This document shows positions 58,448-64,000 of a stretch of 64,000 nt of DNA, piece after piece. Numbering within the stretch: position 1 is the stretch's first letter; the number at the start of each line of letters is the position of its first letter. The position numbers and the translations under genes were made by a program. Source of the DNA: a virus; IMG/VR virus record IMGVR_UViG_3300021141_000706, one strand, 5' to 3'. The notes beneath the pieces were generated by a model. That model made no database searches. It worked only from the letters and a program-made list of their open reading frames with translations, and was not told the DNA's origin.

Positions 58448-58759
58448 ATGTTTCAAATAAATTCAATGCTATTAAGAAAAATGGGGTGGACTGATCACAG
58501 TTCACCTACATTTAATAGTCCTAGATTTGATGATAATGACTTGGTTAGATTTTATATCAGACCAGAAACAATTTATTTTTTTATAAAAGAACTTTCAGAA
58601 GAAGAAAAACAAATATCAAAAAATTCATATAAATTTGTAATTGGTAAAAGAGAAATTCAATTTGATTCTAATATAGAATTAATTAGATTAATAATTGAAA
58701 ATGAAGCTTGTAACGAAGATTATAAAAGGCACTTTAAATTAAATAAAATATTAAGATGA
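58448..58759 (+). CDS. hypothetical protein with C-terminal tag
   Basis: Start reassigned to MFQIN; ends KRHFKLNKILR. Confidence 0.65.
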   Translation: MFQINSMLLRKMGWTDHSSPTFNSPRFDDNDLVRFYIRPETIYFFIKELSEEEKQISKNSYKFVIGKREIQFDSNIELIRLIIENEACNEDYKRHFKLNKILR

Positions 58760-59358
58760 AAAAAGAAGTAAAAGTATTAGGTTTATCCTACAGTCAATCA
58801 CAGTCAGGATCTTATGTTGTTGTTCTTTCTGAAAAGAAAGGCAAACGTAAATTACCTATCGTAATTAAACCATCAGACGCGCAACAAATCGCTTTGAAGA
58901 TTGAAGGAGTTAAATCACCTAGACCTTTGACTCACGACTTGTTCAAAACAATCACAGATTCCTATCAAATTGATATTCAAGAAGTTTATATCTATGCTAT
59001 CTTAGAAGGTATCTTCTATACTAAATTAATCACTTCAAATGGAGTTGAAGAAGCTGAGATTGATTGTACAGCGGGTGATGGTATTGCTTTATCTATTGTT
59101 TATGGTTGTCCTTTATATGCTTCTAAGGAAGTTTTAGATTTATCTGGTGTTTACATCAATGACGATGGAAGTACTCTGGATAATTCAAATATCGAAGACA
59201 TTGATGATTACGAAGAAGACATTGAAGAAACTCCAAAAAGAGTTGTTTCTATTGAAGACTTAGAACATATGATTGAAGATGCTATCAGAAATGAAGAGTA
59301 TGAAATTGCGGCTGAAATTCGTGATAGAATTGAAAAATTAAAAAAAGAAGGTAACTAA
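58756..59358 (+). CDS. bifunctional nuclease family (DUF151) with C-terminal UVR domain
   Basis: LPIVI...AQQIA, RPLTHDL, EGIFY, DGIAL; AIRNEEYEIAAEIRD. Confidence 0.9.
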   Translation: MKKEVKVLGLSYSQSQSGSYVVVLSEKKGKRKLPIVIKPSDAQQIALKIEGVKSPRPLTHDLFKTITDSYQIDIQEVYIYAILEGIFYTKLITSNGVEEAEIDCTAGDGIALSIVYGCPLYASKEVLDLSGVYINDDGSTLDNSNIEDIDDYEEDIEETPKRVVSIEDLEHMIEDAIRNEEYEIAAEIRDRIEKLKKEGN

Positions 59359-59359
59359 T

Positions 59360-60196
59360 ATGGCATTATCGTATATCGGTGGTAAATCGAAAATCGGAAC
59401 TTGGATTAGAAATTACATTCCAAACAATATTGAAACTTATGTAGAACCATTCTCAGGGATGTTCTGGGTATTCTTTAAGTTGAATACACCAAGTTTCAAA
59501 AATCTTAAAACTGTTGTTTACAATGACGTAAACCCGTTAAATGTAAACTTATATCTTTGTCTTAAAGATTATAAGAAGTTTTGGGATATGACTCAAAACA
59601 CACCAATTGAAAACAAAGAGTTATTCAATAAATGTAAATCAGATTTATTTGATACTGAGTTTGTATTAGATATGAATAACCCTAACTTTGATATTGCTAT
59701 CAAGTATGCTTATGTTTTAAGTCAAGTTTGGTCTGGTACCGATCCTAAAAAAGGTAACCTAATCTTAAAAGGTGGTTATGAAGGTAAAGATGGTGTTTAT
59801 AAATCTAAGTTTGAAATCTTTAGAAGTAAACTAATTGATCCTAAATGGCACAGATACTTTGATGCTATTACGAACATTGAGAATCTTGATTTTGAAGAAG
59901 TTATTAAGAAATATGATTCACCTACAACTTACTTCTATTGTGATCCACCATACTTCAAAACCGAAGACTATTATATCAATCATGACTTTGGTATTCAAAC
60001 ACACGAAAGATTGGCTAATGCTTTGAAGGCTATGGAAGGTAGATTCTCATTAAGTTACTATCATTTTGATTTATTAGATGATTGGTTTCCAAGAGAAGAA
60101 TACACTTGGAAAGATAAAGAGTTTGCTAAGACCGCAATGGCTGTTCCTGGTAAGGCACAGACTAAAGGTACCGAGATTCTAATAATGAACTACTAA
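59360..60196 (+). CDS. DNA adenine methyltransferase (Dam/D12-like)
   Basis: YIGGKS, YVEPFSG, YND, YCDPPY, EILIMNY. Confidence 0.9.
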   Translation: MALSYIGGKSKIGTWIRNYIPNNIETYVEPFSGMFWVFFKLNTPSFKNLKTVVYNDVNPLNVNLYLCLKDYKKFWDMTQNTPIENKELFNKCKSDLFDTEFVLDMNNPNFDIAIKYAYVLSQVWSGTDPKKGNLILKGGYEGKDGVYKSKFEIFRSKLIDPKWHRYFDAITNIENLDFEEVIKKYDSPTTYFYCDPPYFKTEDYYINHDFGIQTHERLANALKAMEGRFSLSYYHFDLLDDWFPREEYTWKDKEFAKTAMAVPGKAQTKGTEILIMNY

Positions 60197-60197
60197 G

Positions 60198-60536
60198 ATG
60201 ATTATACTTACTTGTCAGTTAATCTTTGATAAAGGCGGTGAAAGAATACTTACCTCAGTTGTTTATGATGATATTACTGATAGATTTGTTAGAACGGCTC
60301 AAAAAATATCACCTGAATTAGTACAGGATTTAAATTCTAACAACCCTATGGTTGATATTAATGATGTTGTTAGTTTAGATTATATTGATTATGTATTAGA
60401 TGATGAAGAGTTAGAAGAAGTTATTGAAATGGTTGAAGATGGACCTGACAATGATATAATTAAAAAAGCAAAAGAATTTATTGTCTTCTATAAAAGAGAT
60501 AAAAAAATAAAAAATATAATAGATGAAAAAGATTAA
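60198..60536 (+). CDS. hypothetical protein with C-terminal tag
   Basis: Ends KRDKKIKNIIDEKD. Confidence 0.65.
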   Translation: MIILTCQLIFDKGGERILTSVVYDDITDRFVRTAQKISPELVQDLNSNNPMVDINDVVSLDYIDYVLDDEELEEVIEMVEDGPDNDIIKKAKEFIVFYKRDKKIKNIIDEKD

Positions 60537-61113
60537 GTCAGTTTTAATATCAGTTTTTGATAAAGAAGGATTAGAACCATTAGTTAGAATATTAAATGAT
60601 AATGGTGTAAGAATTTACTCAACCGGTGGTACAGAAAAATTTATTAATGACTTAGGGGTTAATGTTATTTCTGTTGAAACAGTTACTGACTATCCATCTA
60701 TCTTAGGTGGTAGAGTTAAAACTTTACATCCAAAAGTATTTGGTGGTATCTTAAATCGTAGAGAAAATGAAAAAGACCAATTAGAAATTTCAGCATTTGG
60801 AATTCCAGAAATTGATATGGTAATTGTTGATCTTTATCCTTTCTCAGAAACAGTTAAGAATGAATCATCAACACATCAAGATATAATTGAGAAGATTGAT
60901 ATTGGTGGTGTTTCTTTAATCAGAGCCGCTGGTAAAAACTATAAAGATGTTCTTATTGTTTCAAATAAGGACCAATATTCTGATGTTTGTGAAATTTTAA
61001 GTACCCAAGAAGTCTCAACGTCATTAGAACAAAGAATGAAGTTTGCTGGTAAGTCATTTGAGTTAACTACTAAATATGATTCTGAAATAGCAGAATATTT
61101 TTATGAAATATAA
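60523..61113 (+). CDS. stand-alone IMP cyclohydrolase (PurH N-terminal domain only)
   Basis: LISVFDKEG, STGGT, GGRVKTLHP, LYPF, IDIGG.SLIRAAGKNY, YD; stops before the transformylase domain. Confidence 0.88.
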   Translation: MKKIKSVLISVFDKEGLEPLVRILNDNGVRIYSTGGTEKFINDLGVNVISVETVTDYPSILGGRVKTLHPKVFGGILNRRENEKDQLEISAFGIPEIDMVIVDLYPFSETVKNESSTHQDIIEKIDIGGVSLIRAAGKNYKDVLIVSNKDQYSDVCEILSTQEVSTSLEQRMKFAGKSFELTTKYDSEIAEYFYEI

Positions 61114-61420
61114 GAAGATAATTAAAGAGTGGAAAGAAGCAACACCACAAGAAGTCTGGGAAGGAGTTAAAGATAACTTTCTTTTTGGATTTATTGGAGC
61201 TACTTTAGTTGTCTTCATTGCCACAAAAACAGACTTAGCTGTTTTGATTGGTTATATGGCTTACTATATGTTTATGGGTAAGATTGTTAATAGACCTAAG
61301 TATGTAACTGATTTAGGTAGAATGATTGTATTCCCTATCCCGTCTGCGTTAGGTGCTTTCACTGGTTATAAACTATCATATTTAATGATAGAACTTTTAA
61401 ATCAATTGATGGGAAGTTAA
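61103..61420 (+). CDS. membrane protein
   Basis: Several hydrophobic helices. Confidence 0.7.
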   Translation: MKYKKIIKEWKEATPQEVWEGVKDNFLFGFIGATLVVFIATKTDLAVLIGYMAYYMFMGKIVNRPKYVTDLGRMIVFPIPSALGAFTGYKLSYLMIELLNQLMGS

Positions 61421-61457
61421 AAACTTTAATAAATAAGATATAAAAATATCTTTATTA

Positions 61458-61688
61458 ATGAAGTATAAACCCGGAGATGTCGTAATAAAAACCACTGGTG
61501 GAAATAAAATGACTGTCTTTGATAAAGTTAATGATAGTTATAAATGTCTTTGGTTTGTTGAAAGTTCAATGAATGAATCTGAGTTCAAAGAAGAAGAGAT
61601 AGTCTCTCTAAATGAATATAAACGATTTCTAAAGACAGAAGAAAGAGAAGATAAGATTAACCAACTTCTTAATTCTTTTACCAATTAA
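61458..61688 (+). CDS. YodC/DUF2158-like small beta-barrel with C-terminal tag
   Basis: YKPGDVV..TGGNKMTV...CLWF...F.EEE; EREDKINQLLN. Confidence 0.75.
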   Translation: MKYKPGDVVIKTTGGNKMTVFDKVNDSYKCLWFVESSMNESEFKEEEIVSLNEYKRFLKTEEREDKINQLLNSFTN

Positions 61689-62439
61689 TATTTACTACTT
61701 CTGGATTTGAATAAAGTGATTTAGAATAATAGTTATCAAATATATTTCTATACTTTTGTTGCCAAATCTCTACATCTGGAATATTCATTTCAGTCATTTT
61801 TCTACCTAAACCAGTTGACATATAAGCTTGTAACTCATCTGGTAAAACGTGGTCAGCATAACCATATTCAGTAATACACTTATACATCATATCTTTTACC
61901 GTAGGATCACACTCATCATTCATTTTAGACATTTCTGCCTTATATTCAGGTAAAGTAAACCACATAGCGTGAGCAAATTCGTGTTCAAGTAAGCTATTTG
62001 ATAACTCATCAACACCTAAAAGATAGTAGTTATGATCACCTTCTATTTCTTTAATTGTATTAATAGTTGATAACATTAATTTATCCCAGTTGTTTATTTC
62101 ATCTTCTGGTATATTAAACATACACTCTTCTAATATATTTGAAGGAATGTTAAATCCAGACCAATCAGAACCATATGTAAACTGTTGTTTACCATAGTGT
62201 TGTTTGTAGATATTTACAAAGTCTGTTACCTTAAATTGTTTACCAATAATTTCTTCAAATGAAGATTCATAAAACTCTTGAGGTCTCATAAACATTAATG
62301 CTCTAGTGTGAGAGTCTGGAGCCTTTATTGCCCAAATATGATCACCACAATGATACAATTCAATTTGAGCTGAAAAAAGATCTATCTCAGGTCTCATATT
62401 TAATTCTTCTAAGAACAGTTTATACTTTTTAATAATCAT
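61678..62439 (-). CDS. N-tagged HExxH zincin-like protein
   Basis: MIIKKYKLFLEE; HEFAH...DELQAY. Confidence 0.7.
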   Translation of the reverse strand: MIIKKYKLFLEELNMRPEIDLFSAQIELYHCGDHIWAIKAPDSHTRALMFMRPQEFYESSFEEIIGKQFKVTDFVNIYKQHYGKQQFTYGSDWSGFNIPSNILEECMFNIPEDEINNWDKLMLSTINTIKEIEGDHNYYLLGVDELSNSLLEHEFAHAMWFTLPEYKAEMSKMNDECDPTVKDMMYKCITEYGYADHVLPDELQAYMSTGLGRKMTEMNIPDVEIWQQKYRNIFDNYYSKSLYSNPEVVNINW

Positions 62440-62443
62440 AGTA

Positions 62444-63481
62444 TTATTTAATTTTTAACGAGTAAAGTTTTAGTATATTTCTTTGTATTCTATTACCAGC
62501 TCTATTGATTCTCTTTTGAATGAATGCTAAAAACTTATCAACTGACATAGCTTTAACAGATTCACCCGATAAAGTAGGTTTGTCTTCTTCTCTACTAATA
62601 GAGCCCTCTCTATTTTTTATTAACTCATTAGCAAATCCATTTTTAACTCTTCTCAACATCATTTCAACATCAGCATCTGGATAAACACTTAGTATCTTAT
62701 CAGTCATTTTTTGTTTGAACTGATTAGCATCAAACTCTATCATCTTTGTAGCAAACTTCCAAGATGGTGCTTTTTCTTTTACTTCTTCTATATCATATCT
62801 TTTAACATAAGGATAAGCATCTTGAGTCATTGCGTTAATTTCATGAAGTTCACTCCAGTAAACATAAAACCCAATCTCATCATACCAAATCTTCCAAATA
62901 TCTTTTCTAATCTTAGCTCTATTAGCATCTAAAGCCCAAGTAACATCAGTTGATACTTGACCTTTACCTTTTCTCATTCTATTCCAACCCTCATAACCGT
63001 GATTTAATTCGTGTGTTATAGAAGATTCAATCTCAAGAGATAATCCTTCTCTATCATTAAGAACATCGCTTACAATAGCACCAATCTCAAGTACTAAATG
63101 AAGAGTAGCATCTGATCTATCATCAATTGCTGGTTTGATTGCTGAACCACCTTCTTCACCAATATTATAACAAGCACCAGTACCAATATATTTCTTTTTT
63201 GATGTTGGAAATCTTTTAATAAAATCTTCATCAGTCATTGTTTTAAGTGTGTAATTAACAGACATTGATGAGATAGGATATTTGGACCAAATATCATTTT
63301 GAATAAATTGAGTTAAATCTTCTTGACTATATTCTTGAATGTGTGAATAATCTTTTTCACCGGATTCTAAAGCGATATCACAATACTTATTGAACTCATC
63401 TAATAAGAACTGATTGTAGATAAGAGTAGCTTCTGCTACACCGTGTGCTTCAAATAATTGATATGATTTTAAGTGTTTCAT
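62444..63481 (-). CDS. N-tagged HExxH zincin-like protein
   Basis: MKHLKSYQLFE; ITHELNHGYE...EINA. Confidence 0.7.
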   Translation of the reverse strand: MKHLKSYQLFEAHGVAEATLIYNQFLLDEFNKYCDIALESGEKDYSHIQEYSQEDLTQFIQNDIWSKYPISSMSVNYTLKTMTDEDFIKRFPTSKKKYIGTGACYNIGEEGGSAIKPAIDDRSDATLHLVLEIGAIVSDVLNDREGLSLEIESSITHELNHGYEGWNRMRKGKGQVSTDVTWALDANRAKIRKDIWKIWYDEIGFYVYWSELHEINAMTQDAYPYVKRYDIEEVKEKAPSWKFATKMIEFDANQFKQKMTDKILSVYPDADVEMMLRRVKNGFANELIKNREGSISREEDKPTLSGESVKAMSVDKFLAFIQKRINRAGNRIQRNILKLYSLKIK

Positions 63482-63485
63482 TTCG

Positions 63486-63959
63486 TTATATATTAAAATA
63501 GACTAAGAACTTAACAGGTTTGTATTGTCCGTGACTAGCATTCAAATCCATTTTAACATCATATCCGGATTCTATTAGTCTTGAATTAGCGGTTAACATA
63601 TCATCAAATAATCTAATACCTTCATTACCAATTACAGTAGAACCAAATTCATTTGATTCACCAGGTAGTTTAATATCAACGATGATACAAACTTTATCTA
63701 ACTTCTTTGACTTAGTTCCTAATTCAGAAGTTGATATAATTACTGGTAATTGATAATCTAAAAATCTATTTACATCACCTCTTTTTGGATCGAAACTAAT
63801 ATATCCACCTCTTTCAAATCCAGGAGATACCATAGAGTATGATATAATACCCATATCTTCAAAATCTAAAAATACTTCTCTCACTTCAAGAAACTTACTT
63901 GAAATAATTTCTTTAGAATTACTTGTATTTTCATTAAAAGTAGACCAACGTTTAATCAT
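63486..63959 (-). CDS. N-tagged hypothetical protein
   Basis: Start reassigned to MIKRWSTFNE after TAATATATA. Confidence 0.7.
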   Translation of the reverse strand: MIKRWSTFNENTSNSKEIISSKFLEVREVFLDFEDMGIISYSMVSPGFERGGYISFDPKRGDVNRFLDYQLPVIISTSELGTKSKKLDKVCIIVDIKLPGESNEFGSTVIGNEGIRLFDDMLTANSRLIESGYDVKMDLNASHGQYKPVKFLVYFNI

Positions 63960-64000
63960 ATAATATATATTAAATATGAAACTCGATATCAATGAAGTTT

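Noticed and set aside
30732-60196. Restriction-modification systems around the two DNA methyltransferases
   Set aside because: No adjacent restriction endonuclease recognised; orphan protective methylases are common in large phages
7146-62932. Other short antisense or nested ORFs (e.g. 7146, 10981, 12580, 13104, 16097, 16925, 21169, 30986, 31888, 36167, 36863, 37316, 38183, 41156, 45432, 47048, 52175, 53321, 55052, 55113, 56343, 56518, 59835, 62711)
   Set aside because: They lie within or opposite well-supported genes and have no motifs or expression signals
1-64000. Cellular Bacteroidota chromosome (dnaK, nusG, TonB receptor, T9SS proteins)
   Set aside because: Host-like genes are isolated among phage-type topoisomerase, Rnl1, RNase H, endolysin and many short unknown ORFs; there are no housekeeping operons
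1-64000. TAG or TGA stop-codon reassignment suggested by the CUA tRNA-like RNA
   Set aside because: Known genes are full length in code 11 and read-through of the four TAG stops I checked gives no in-frame fusion to the next gene (mostly just a few extra residues)
1-64000. CRISPR array, rRNA, transposase or integrase
   Set aside because: No repeat-spacer pattern or corresponding motifs seen

Overview
AT-rich, gene-dense segment of a very large T4-like (jumbo/huge) phage genome whose host is very probably a Bacteroidota (Flavobacteriia-like) bacterium. Phage evidence: Rnl1-type RNA ligase, split phage-type topoisomerase II, T4 RNase H-like 5' exonuclease, endolysin, many small unknown ORFs, no ribosomal or housekeeping operons. 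Host evidence: TTTG...TAnnTTTG promoters and T9SS-sorted proteins. The genetic code is standard. Main observations: (1) about 23 unrelated ORFs end in a shared C-terminal tag, R-[DENKH]-x-K-[IL]-x-x-[IL]-[ILF]. (2) Three translationally coupled mini-genes at 11834-12294 (two missed by the ORF track) each look like a short fragment of a T4-like head protein (major capsid, prohead protease, portal) fused to that tag, a candidate decoy or adaptor system. (3) About 17 other ORFs start with an N-terminal tag (MK.LK.[FY]..F..E) resembling the T4 capsid-targeting sequence, often behind a TAATATATA late-promoter-like box; they include the RNA ligase and CCA-adding enzyme. (4) A minimal RNase P RNA with a rewritten P4 helix, three CCA-less tRNAs, and an atypical CUA-anticodon tRNA-like RNA. 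(5) Phosphate-stress type auxiliary genes (PlcP-like phosphoesterase plus glycosyltransferase; TonB receptor plus T9SS protein with 11-bp repeats upstream). All family calls come from motif recognition by eye; no searches were run.
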